Shown in pieces: positions 1 through 7,705 of a stretch of 32,000 nucleotides of DNA. The stretch's first letter is position 1. Each line of letters starts with the position of its first letter. Under the pieces are notes generated by a model. It made no database searches. It was not told the DNA's origin and saw nothing but the letters and a program-made list of their open reading frames with translations. This DNA is from Saccharolobus solfataricus (lineage in GTDB: Archaea > Thermoproteota > Thermoprotei_A > Sulfolobales > Sulfolobaceae): NCBI RefSeq assembly GCF_900079115.1, contig NZ_LT549890.1:450001-482000 (forward strand), given 5' to 3'. A program made the translations under genes and the position numbers.

Positions 1-393
1 TAAGGCAGTGTACAGTTTCCTACCCTTCAGTTTGTCCTTGTGAGCTTCGTAGAACTTAAGGAGAGTTGGGTTACGAGAGTATTGAGTCTCGGCGAGGAAA
101 TAAAACAAGCTACGCAAATACTTGTTACCCCTCTTGGAGATACCCTTTCTAACCTCAATCCTACCACTCCTCTCAACCACCGGGTCTAAACCGCAATAAG
201 CAACGAAGGATTCAGGTCTTGGGAAGCGCCTAATATCACCCACAATCCCAATTATAATCCCAGCTGCCAGTTTCCCTATTCCGGGAATCGTGAGTAACAC
301 GTGGTCTTGAGGCACATTACCCTCTATCATTTTCCTCACCTCCTTCAACTCTTCTCGTGTTTGAAGTAGTATCCTAGCTAGGACTTGAATCTC
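1..393 (-). pseudogene. IS110-family transposase, C-terminal segment. It runs off the window start and is cut off from its N-terminal part by an IS insertion.
   Basis: Minus-strand translation from 393 downward reads EIQVLARILLQTREELKEVRKMIEGNVPQDHVLLTIPGIGKLAAGIIIGIVGDIRRFPRPESFVAYCGLDPVVERSGRIEVRKGISKRGNK. The IPGIG...GDI.RF core is typical of IS110-type transposases. No start codon is present because the 5' part lies at 1761-2366. Confidence 0.8.
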
Positions 394-1760
394 ACGTCAG
401 TATGGGAATCTCATTTTTTGCGTAAAAAACGAGATGAATGGAATACAGAAAAAGTTGAGAGGATGAGAATTTCTGGAGAAAAGTTTGTATATACGAGGGC
501 GAACCTGAATATATGAAACATGAGAATACAACTAAACCGGCGAAGTTCAACCGGGACTTCGCCAGGTCCGCCCTCAAGATAATTTACTCGGTCCTCACTA
601 AAATACTTTTCCCTGAGGAACTCCTCAGTGCCTTGCTTAAGGCGAGTGGGAGCTACTTGAGCAGGTTGGGGAAAGATGGGAGAAGAGCGTTGAGAAAGTT
701 GAACGCGGTTCAAGTTGAGGACGTGAGGGATGCGTTGAGGAAGATGGGAAGGATGACGTTAAGGGGAGTCAGGGACAGGAGGGTAGCAGTGGACTTCCAT
801 GCCATACCTCAATATCACGCTGACAAGAGTTTCTTGAGTAGGATAAAGCCAACTAAGGGGACGTCGTGGGGACTGGTTCAAGCTGCGATCTTCCTCCTGG
901 GGAGGACGAGGAGCTTCTTGGACGTGATCCCAGTGACCGTGAAGAACGTAGCTGAAGGTTTCAAGGCGGTGATGGAGGTAATCGTGAAGGAGTTGGAGGA
1001 GGACAAGCTGAGGCTCGTCATGGTCTTCGCGGACAGGGAGTTCGCGGTGAACGAAGTGATTAGGTTCCTCTTGGAGTTGGGCTTGGACTTCGTCATATCT
1101 GCCAAGGCCCAGATGTACAAGAAGTACAAGGGGATGTTGCAAGATGTGGATGTGAGTTTTGGCGGAGTTAGATATACTGGATTTCTCTGCGTGAGACATG
1201 GGAGTGGAGCTTATCTCATTATTCTGAGGAAGGAAGACGGCAAGATTATTGCCTTCCTCGTGAGGAAGGAGATGGATCTTTATGATGCCATAGTCCTTGC
1301 CGAGATGTATAGGGAGAGGTGGGGGATAGAGAACGCCTTCCGCTCTCTTGAGGAGTTCAGGATCAGGACTAGGACTTGTGACGTGAGGAAGGAATTGGTT
1401 CTCGTTCTGCTTTCCTATCTTCTCTTGAATGTCTGGTTCTTGATCCGCTCTTGGAGGAAGGTAAAGTTGTGGGAGTTCTCGGTCTCCCTCTCGAATCTCC
1501 TCGATCGGGAGGTAAGAGTGGAACAAGAACGCGCGTTCCGTGAAGTGAAGACGTCATTCCCCCAGACTCCAGCTAACCCTATGCACCTCCTTCCAGCTAC
1601 GTGAAATTAATTCTATATATTTATATTCTGCTATTGAAAACTGACTTATTAACTGTCATTTTCATAAAATATATGCAGTTATATTTGAATAAAACTGGTG
1701 CGGTTCAATCTTACATATATTATCATTTATATCAGAAAAATGAGATTCCCATACTGACGT
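394..1760 (+). mobile_element. ISC1359-like insertion sequence (IS4/IS5-type DDE transposase), about 1367 bp
   Basis: ACGTCAGTATGGGAATCTCATTTTT at 394-418 is the exact reverse complement of 1736-1760, giving 25-bp perfect terminal inverted repeats. A single transposase ORF lies between them. The size fits the Sulfolobus element ISC1359; the name is assigned from memory, not from a search. Confidence 0.85.
513..1604 (+). CDS. DDE transposase of the ISC1359-like element
   Basis: 363-aa ORF bounded by the IRs. It contains MYRERWGIENAFRSLEEF, the Y-R-x-R-W-x-IE signature of IS4/IS5-type DDE transposases. Confidence 0.85.
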   Translation: MKHENTTKPAKFNRDFARSALKIIYSVLTKILFPEELLSALLKASGSYLSRLGKDGRRALRKLNAVQVEDVRDALRKMGRMTLRGVRDRRVAVDFHAIPQYHADKSFLSRIKPTKGTSWGLVQAAIFLLGRTRSFLDVIPVTVKNVAEGFKAVMEVIVKELEEDKLRLVMVFADREFAVNEVIRFLLELGLDFVISAKAQMYKKYKGMLQDVDVSFGGVRYTGFLCVRHGSGAYLIILRKEDGKIIAFLVRKEMDLYDAIVLAEMYRERWGIENAFRSLEEFRIRTRTCDVRKELVLVLLSYLLLNVWFLIRSWRKVKLWEFSVSLSNLLDREVRVEQERAFREVKTSFPQTPANPMHLLPAT

Positions 1761-2366
1761 AGTACTGTACCAGTGTATTCCAGTTGATACAGTTTTACGT
1801 CAGAGAAGTCTCCCTTAGAGAACTTCTCCAATCTCTCCTCGCTCAACTTCTCCTCGTCGCTCACGAGGAAGAGAGCTCTCCTTAACCTGTTCTCTTGTTT
1901 TGTTTGGGCATCCTTCATGAAGAGGTAGAGTGATACTAACTCTTTCAAGGGGTTGTTAACGTATTCTCTAGCATTATTTACCATGTTTTCAAGTTTTTCT
2001 GCGTCGTAAAAATCTTTTTCCCCTTACATCCTTTTCTTTCCATAACAAGGTAGTACTGACTAGTAGGACTTTCACTCCTCTTTCTTTGAAGTATTGGCAA
2101 GGTCTTGTTGAGTATACTCTTGTGGGTTCTATCACGATGATGTTTGGCTTCATGGTTAGTATTTCTTCGTAGCCCTTCTCGTTGTTTGTGAATTTCCTCA
2201 CCCTCCCCTTACTTGTTACCAAGTGTTCTTTTGATACGTCTATTCCAATTACCCCTACCCTTGTGTCACACCTATATTCGTGAATATTTTCACAATGTTC
2301 AGTCTGACTGTAGGGGCTCGTCACGCCCTCGCCCGAAGACTTTGCTTCAGTTACGAGATCGACCAT
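1761..2366 (-). pseudogene. IS110-family transposase, N-terminal segment (frameshifted)
   Basis: ORF 1989..2366 contains VIGIDVSKEHL, the IS110 N-terminal catalytic motif. At about 1985-2010 (aggggaaaaagattttta on the coding strand) the frame must shift to continue as EKDFYDAEKLENMVNNAREY... in ORF 1727..1984. That reading frame then runs into the IS terminus at 1760 and resumes at 393. Confidence 0.8.
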
Positions 2367-2544
2367 TTTTCCCCAGCTGAGGAGAATATTACTCTCCCCA
2401 GCTAATTAACCTATATATAGGTTACGAAATCTTTTTGTGGTAGTACTAGAATGAATCTCGTAAACCCTTTCACATAAGTTTTTCTAAAATAATGTCTTTG
2501 TTAAAATTTCTATATCTTAAACGTTAAATGGGCATTTTTCCATA

Positions 2545-3276
2545 CTACTCCAATATTTTTACAAACGTTTTTCGAATTTCATGACTGTTTGAGAACACTC
2601 CCAACACATTTGTACCAACTACTTGGGAAGGAGTTAATGAAAAAGTTTTAACACTTCCATTATAATAATAAACATATAATTGGTTCGATGCCGGAAGATA
2701 ATAAAACCCTAATCCTATTTGTTCCCCGATTGAAATAGATCCTACAGAGACGTTTAACTGTTTCACACCGTCAAAATAAACGAATAGATGATATGTATTC
2801 ATACCGCCTTTCATCAAATATACCGTTATCCCAGAAGAAGGAACGGAAGGAGCGAAAGCGTTTGTGAATGTTGAAGGAATGTAAGTGCCATATCCTATTG
2901 CTAAAGAACCAAAAGCACCACTATTGCTTGATGATGCTAACAAGAAAGTAACATTTATTGCAATTTGACTTGCGCTTAGGGAAAAAGACACATTATTACT
3001 TATGTATTCTTGGTTTGGTAAGATTTGCAAATAATAAGTATTGTAAATGCTAACGTAACTTGGATTAAGCCATTGTGCAGAAGAAAGCGTTGAGCCATTA
3101 TTCTTCGTTTGACTTTGCCCACTTTGTATCGTCATCGTCTTAGAGTAAGTGAAGAAAGGACCAGCAAAGCCTCCACCAGAATCAAATTGCGGGTGTGGTC
3201 CCGTAATGACTCCATTTGTTATTGGTATAATCCCTAATACTCCAAACACTAACAACAATAGAAGAAACCACTTCAT
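2545..3276 (-). CDS. Secreted or surface protein of unknown function, beta-rich with many N-x-S/T sequons
   Basis: 243-aa ORF with an N-terminal signal-like segment MKWFLLLLLVFGVLGIIPITNG. The remainder is rich in Ser, Thr, Asn and Tyr. Confidence 0.6.
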   Translation of the reverse strand: MKWFLLLLLVFGVLGIIPITNGVITGPHPQFDSGGGFAGPFFTYSKTMTIQSGQSQTKNNGSTLSSAQWLNPSYVSIYNTYYLQILPNQEYISNNVSFSLSASQIAINVTFLLASSSNSGAFGSLAIGYGTYIPSTFTNAFAPSVPSSGITVYLMKGGMNTYHLFVYFDGVKQLNVSVGSISIGEQIGLGFYYLPASNQLYVYYYNGSVKTFSLTPSQVVGTNVLGVFSNSHEIRKTFVKILE

Positions 3277-3318
3277 TAAATAATAAAAAAGAGAATGGGT
3301 TTATTAATGGCCAGTTTA

Positions 3319-3633
3319 TTAGAATTTACGTCTTAGAAGAAGGATTGATATTAAAAGTAGTACTATACCGACTGCTAATGTTTCAAGCCATAGGCTGGCA
3401 TAATAAGGTGGCGGAGTATAATTGGTGTGTATAAAAGTGGTTGCTATAATAGGACCTTCGAATGGTACTCCTATTGGTGCTGTCAGCGTTGTAGTGTTTA
3501 TTGACACCGTATACGTATACGGTGATGGTATAGTTATTACTGTTTTTTCGGGGTGGTTTACTGAGTATAGGTAGAGCGATGTACCGAGAAGAACAAGGGC
3601 TATTACTAATGTAGTCAAAACTGATTTCTTCAT
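3319..3633 (-). CDS. Small bitopic membrane protein with a C-terminal PPPYY motif, TM helix and basic tail
   Basis: 104 aa. The N-terminal hydrophobic segment is MKKSVLTTLVIALVLLGTSLYLY. The C-terminus is PPPYYASLWLETLAVGIVLLLISILLLRRKF. It is a paralogue of 3997..4311. Confidence 0.6.
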   Translation of the reverse strand: MKKSVLTTLVIALVLLGTSLYLYSVNHPEKTVITIPSPYTYTVSINTTTLTAPIGVPFEGPIIATTFIHTNYTPPPYYASLWLETLAVGIVLLLISILLLRRKF

Positions 3634-3672
3634 CGAAGAAAAAAAGAAGGATTAACTTTAAAAAGTTATTCA

Positions 3673-3996
3673 CCAGTAGTACATGACTCCTTGATCACCA
3701 TAATCAAGTGTCGCGGCAGAATATGCATACGCAGATGGAGGTTGCATATTGAAACCGACACCGTTAGAGAGAGGTAGCCCCGCTATTGTACCTATAGTGC
3801 TATTTGATACTAATGCATTAACAAATACGTAGTTACTTGAAGGTATTATTGGAAATTGAAATGGAACAAAACGATTGAGAGGATCTTCAACTTCGAAGAA
3901 AACTTGCTTATCGGGTATCGGATTTTGCAGACTTATAGTTTGACCGAAGTAGACTTGACCAGTCTTAGCATTTGCAATTGTGACTTTAAAAAGGGC
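3673..3996 (-). other. Stop-free frame of 108 codons with no ATG, GTG or TTG start, in frame with the TAA of the upstream gene
   Basis: Codons after the TAA at 3999-3997 read ALFKVTIANAKTGQVYFGQTISLQNPIPDKQVFFEVEDPLNRF...DYGDQGVMYYW, ending at TGA 3672-3670. The first canonical start codon (ATG) appears only about 28 codons before the stop. Confidence 0.4.
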
Positions 3997-4311
3997 TTAC
4001 TTCTTTAACAATCTTACTACTGAATAAATCAATCCAACAATACCACCGACTAGTGGTATTGGCCATAGTGTAGCATACCATGGTGGTGGGACTATATGTG
4101 GGGCTAGTTGTTTTAGCTGAGCTAGTTCTTGAGGTGTAACTATAATGGCTGGGTAGCCCCACCAATAAGCATTCGGCACGCCAGTCTCAGTTATTATCTG
4201 ACCTTTTATCTCGGGGTATACTACAGTAGGCTTATCTATAGCAAATAGATAACCTCCTAATACTATTAATACGATCGAAACCATAGAAAGCAGAACAATA
4301 GATCTTTTCAT
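3997..4311 (-). CDS. Small bitopic membrane protein with a C-terminal PPPWY motif, TM helix and basic tail
   Basis: 104 aa. N-terminal segment MKRSIVLLSMVSIVLIVLGGYLF. C-terminus PPPWYATLWPIPLVGGIVGLIYSVVRLLKK. Confidence 0.6.
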   Translation of the reverse strand: MKRSIVLLSMVSIVLIVLGGYLFAIDKPTVVYPEIKGQIITETGVPNAYWWGYPAIIVTPQELAQLKQLAPHIVPPPWYATLWPIPLVGGIVGLIYSVVRLLKK

Positions 4312-4391
4312 ATTTAAGAAAAAAGAAAATCACCTTATTTAAACTTTATCGTAAGAGAGAGCATAAAGCGGGGCACTGAAGAAAAATTAGC

Positions 4392-4619
4392 TTAAATAGA
4401 CCCTCTTAACCACCTAACTACACTCCTCAGTGCACTCCTTAATCCCGGTGAAAAGTAAATAGTGAGAATTAAACTTGCAAATCCAGCAAATATAATTAGT
4501 TCTGGGAGTATCTGCACATACCATGGTGGGGGCGGTGATGAGCAAATACAAGGCCCCCCAGGATTACTAAAAGAAGTGTTTAACACAATTGGGGGTGAGT
4601 TGTTTAATACTAACGCCAT
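4392..4619 (-). CDS. Small membrane protein with a PPPPWY motif, TM helix and Arg-rich tail
   Basis: 75 aa containing SSPPPPWYVQILPELIIFAGFASLILTIYF followed by SPGLRSALRSVVRWLRGSI. This is the third member of the local PPPWY family. Confidence 0.45.
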   Translation of the reverse strand: MALVLNNSPPIVLNTSFSNPGGPCICSSPPPPWYVQILPELIIFAGFASLILTIYFSPGLRSALRSVVRWLRGSI

Positions 4620-4659
4620 ATAACAAGAAAAGAAGAAGAAAAATAAAAAAATCTTTTCC

Positions 4660-5571
4660 TTATAGACCTGTCGTAGTTATTCCTAAATCAGGATAGATGA
4701 ATTGGTATAGGTAATCCCATCCACCAAGACTATTAGCCCACCCATTGGCAATTACAGCTTCAGCTGTGTTGTAATATGATGCTTCATTAAGATTGAAGAG
4801 AACAGCATACATTGTAGTACCTGACGGTGCATTACCGGGGCCACTATAGTCATTCTTATTTGGGCCAACATAGCCGAACGTAAAATGTATCATCCCACCT
4901 TGCATAAGTGGCAACTCAAAGTGGTTGTTCCCATTTTCAGTTGGTTGAGGTGCTTCAACTATACTCATAGCTGACCCTGTCGTATTAAATGGTGTAGATA
5001 TGTACACAGATGTAGACCAATAGCTTCCGTTTTTGTAAAATACGTAGAACTGAGCTAATTCCGTATAATTAAACAAATTGTCTAAGAATACGTCTAGATA
5101 TGCTGGCACGCCAGCGGGTACTGGGGCTTCAACAAAATTAGGAAGTATTTGGCCGTTATTGAGAACCATAACAAAATACTCCGCTGTCACTACTCCGTTT
5201 GAATAAACATGTATAACATATCCGGCTTGGGCGAAGGTATTTGTTACTTCTGAAGTTGAAGCGTCAGTGCCAACTCCTATTTTGGCGGGGCTTAGACCAA
5301 CCCATATAGAAACTGCATTAGGATTTGTGTAACCGGCATAGGCGAATGATAGATTTCCAACATATATACTCTCGCTAGCCCACTGTACTACTGCCCAATA
5401 GTTAGTAACCCCTGAACGCCATTCGTCAGCGTAAGCAACACCAGCCCAATTGTCACTATTGTAAGTAGTGAGTATTGTTGACGCACCCAACTGATTTGCA
5501 GTTACTGCTAATGCGTTTAGAGAAATTAATAATAGGAATAGTGGGGCCACTAATAGTAGGTGTCTTTTCAT
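4660..5571 (-). CDS. Secreted protein, possibly glutamic peptidase (G1/A4, eqolisin)-like with a concanavalin-type fold
   Basis: Signal peptide MKRHLLLVAPLFLLLISLNALA. The order of motifs SDNWAG, SIWVG, AQAG and SAMSIVEAP resembles the NWAG, WVGIDG, QTG and AEWIVE landmarks of G1 peptidases as I recall them. No alignment was run. Confidence 0.35.
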   Translation of the reverse strand: MKRHLLLVAPLFLLLISLNALAVTANQLGASTILTTYNSDNWAGVAYADEWRSGVTNYWAVVQWASESIYVGNLSFAYAGYTNPNAVSIWVGLSPAKIGVGTDASTSEVTNTFAQAGYVIHVYSNGVVTAEYFVMVLNNGQILPNFVEAPVPAGVPAYLDVFLDNLFNYTELAQFYVFYKNGSYWSTSVYISTPFNTTGSAMSIVEAPQPTENGNNHFELPLMQGGMIHFTFGYVGPNKNDYSGPGNAPSGTTMYAVLFNLNEASYYNTAEAVIANGWANSLGGWDYLYQFIYPDLGITTTGL

Positions 5572-5620
5572 TGTTTTGGGGGAAAGTGATATAAGTTTAA
5601 AAAGGGCTTAGTTAGGGAAA

Positions 5621-5980
5621 TTAGAAAGGCGGTATGTGTTGAGAGATGAGAACGGATGTACTACCTAAGTCTACGAGGAATGATACTGCGATAAACGGTA
5701 GCAATGAAAGCCATTTGTACTTACTTACCTTCAATAGGTCGAAGAGCTTTGTATACCAGTAAACTCCAGTGAAAAGCAGAAGTTTGAGTGATATTAACAT
5801 TAATACTGCTAAAACAAACGAGATAGAGCCTTCATAATAAGCATAAAGCGATATAATGAGGTTCGTTTCCCATACTGCACCATCTGTTATAGTTCCCGGT
5901 ATCGCATATATAGCGGATATTACAACATCATAAACGTTTAGTAGGATGAAGAGAACCCATACTATTTTAAGGATTCTCAT
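5621..5980 (-). CDS. Integral membrane protein with about 4 TM helices, function unknown
   Basis: 119-aa hydrophobic ORF: MRILKIVWVLFILLNVYDVVISAIYAIPG... Confidence 0.5.
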   Translation of the reverse strand: MRILKIVWVLFILLNVYDVVISAIYAIPGTITDGAVWETNLIISLYAYYEGSISFVLAVLMLISLKLLLFTGVYWYTKLFDLLKVSKYKWLSLLPFIAVSFLVDLGSTSVLISQHIPPF

Positions 5981-5990
5981 CGTCTTTCAC

Positions 5991-6182
5991 CTATTTCACG
6001 CAGATATTATGTTTTTTGCAAATATGATCTAACGTTGCATCAGTAGTTGTGAATCTCTTTTTGCAAATTTGGCACTCCTTTCCATGCTCTTCATATCTGA
6101 TATGTTGTTTTAGCGCTGAACTACTGCTAAAAGGCGTTAAGCAGATAGGACAAACAAATGGCGAAACTGCTTTTGCAGTCAA
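5991..6182 (-). CDS. C2H2 zinc-finger protein. The open frame continues 5' to the IS terminus at about 6306.
   Basis: Two C-x2-C...H-x3-5-H units are present: CPICLTPFSSSSALKQHIRYEEH and CQICKKRFTTTDATLDHICKKH. The annotated start is a TTG. The frame stays open upstream (HSLTPEQKRLIRAIVKTLIYRPDLLDESGYLYKLL) with no canonical start codon. Confidence 0.65.
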   Translation of the reverse strand: MTAKAVSPFVCPICLTPFSSSSALKQHIRYEEHGKECQICKKRFTTTDATLDHICKKHNICVK

Positions 6183-6306
6183 GAGCTTATAGAGATACCC
6201 ACTTTCATCTAATAAGTCCGGCCTATAGATTAATGTCTTGACTATTGCTCTAATTAGTCTCTTTTGTTCTGGAGTGAGAGAATGGTAACGTATTAATTCC
6301 TCTAAA

Positions 6307-7548
6307 GTAACGTGAGAGTGTCCGGAATGTAAAAAATTGAATTTTTATTGACAAGAATAAATTGGTTTTTAGCATTATCTTGGATTAAATTGGAGTAACA
6401 CTTAAGTTATAGGAGGAGAGGGTAGTACCATGACTCGGACGTTAAGAAACGTCCCAAACTTGATGTACTACCCTCTTCCCCCAATAGAGGATATGCCGTG
6501 GAGGGAAAAATGGTTAACGGAGATCAAGCCCGTGCTGGACACCATGGATTTGGAGAGGGTTCTTGGCGAGGGCGCGCTGGTTTACCTGAAGTTGTTAGTC
6601 GTCATGGTGCTCTACTCTTGCTCCTATAGGGACGCGGTGAAAATGGTCAACGTGAACGTGGTCGTGGCCTGGTTCGTGGGGAGGAAGGTGGGGAAGAGCA
6701 CGCTGCACGACTTCGTGGGCAGGTTGTACGGGGTGAGGAAGAAGTTGTTGGAGATTTCCTTCAAGCTTGAGGAGAAGTGCCTACCCAGTTACCTCCCTGC
6801 GAGCGCGCATCTCGTGGACTTCATGGCGTGGCTAGTGGACTCCTTCCTACTGGACTTACCTCCTGGGAAGAGGAGTGTGGAGACCTTTCGGGAGAAGGCG
6901 GAGCTGGAGAGGAGGGAAGGTAACTTGGAGAGGGCCAGGAAGCTGCTCTCCCTGGGGAGAACCAAGAGGAGGTTCGAGGGAAGGTGGACCAAGAAGAGAG
7001 GGGTCTCGCACTACGGGCTCAAGGCAGTGGCCGTGATCTCCGTCTCCCTCTTCGTGAGGTCCATCACGGTGAAGCCAGCCAACTTCTCGGACAAGAGGTT
7101 CAAGTCACCGCTCAAGGGGATTAAGATCGCGGACAGGGGATTCTCTCCCTCCCCGACACAGCTCATAGCGCGGGAGAAGCCCTTCACTACCCTGAGGGTC
7201 CACGTGGAGTTCTTCGGCACCTACCTGAACGCGTTCTGGAGGCCCTACGGGACCACGACCTGGAGGAACGACGTCTTCCTTCACGTCCTGGGAGTGATCT
7301 ACAACATCAAGATGTTCCTCGCGATCCAACGGAGGACTCCTCCAGGACGTAGAGCCGTTCAGCTCTGAGACGCGCCTCCTCGCGATCAAGCAACGCTATG
7401 CGCGATAGGTAAATCATCTCGTCTTGATATTTTTCCATTATAAAGTTTTTCTCGGTGATCCAGGTCCTACCCTTCTGGCAATATTAATATTTATCATTCT
7501 GTTTATCTATTCGTTCAGATAATTACATTCCGGACACTCTCACGTCAC
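6307..7548 (+). mobile_element. Insertion sequence of about 1.24 kb (ISC1234/ISC1225-size class)
   Basis: ACGTGAGAGTGTCCGGAATGT at 6310-6330 is the exact reverse complement of 7525-7545. The repeats extend with one mismatch to 6307 and 7548. One transposase ORF lies inside. No target duplication was recognised. Confidence 0.8.
6430..7368 (+). CDS. Transposase of the 6307-7548 IS
   Basis: 312-aa ORF that is GC-richer than its surroundings and is bracketed by the IRs. Family not assigned. Confidence 0.7.
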   Translation: MTRTLRNVPNLMYYPLPPIEDMPWREKWLTEIKPVLDTMDLERVLGEGALVYLKLLVVMVLYSCSYRDAVKMVNVNVVVAWFVGRKVGKSTLHDFVGRLYGVRKKLLEISFKLEEKCLPSYLPASAHLVDFMAWLVDSFLLDLPPGKRSVETFREKAELERREGNLERARKLLSLGRTKRRFEGRWTKKRGVSHYGLKAVAVISVSLFVRSITVKPANFSDKRFKSPLKGIKIADRGFSPSPTQLIAREKPFTTLRVHVEFFGTYLNAFWRPYGTTTWRNDVFLHVLGVIYNIKMFLAIQRRTPPGRRAVQL

Positions 7549-7705
7549 CTACAATTCCCCCGCTAAATTCGATTTTATTCAGCTATAGCTGAGATTTAAT
7601 TCAGTTTTTTGCACAATTGAGGAATTTTTGCCGTCTACTTTCAACCCCATGTCTGATATTCTATTAGAATAAGTATTTAAACCCCACGTAAATTACATTC
7701 TTAGA

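Noticed and set aside
759-1526. A 255-aa minus-strand ORF, plus 878..1129 and 1369..1557
   Set aside because: These are antisense to the ISC1359-like transposase and have low-complexity, Pro/Leu-rich translations. They are shadow ORFs of a GC-richer gene.
6789-7389. Minus-strand ORFs 6789..6992, 7011..7220 and 7105..7389
   Set aside because: They are antisense shadows inside the IS transposase gene.
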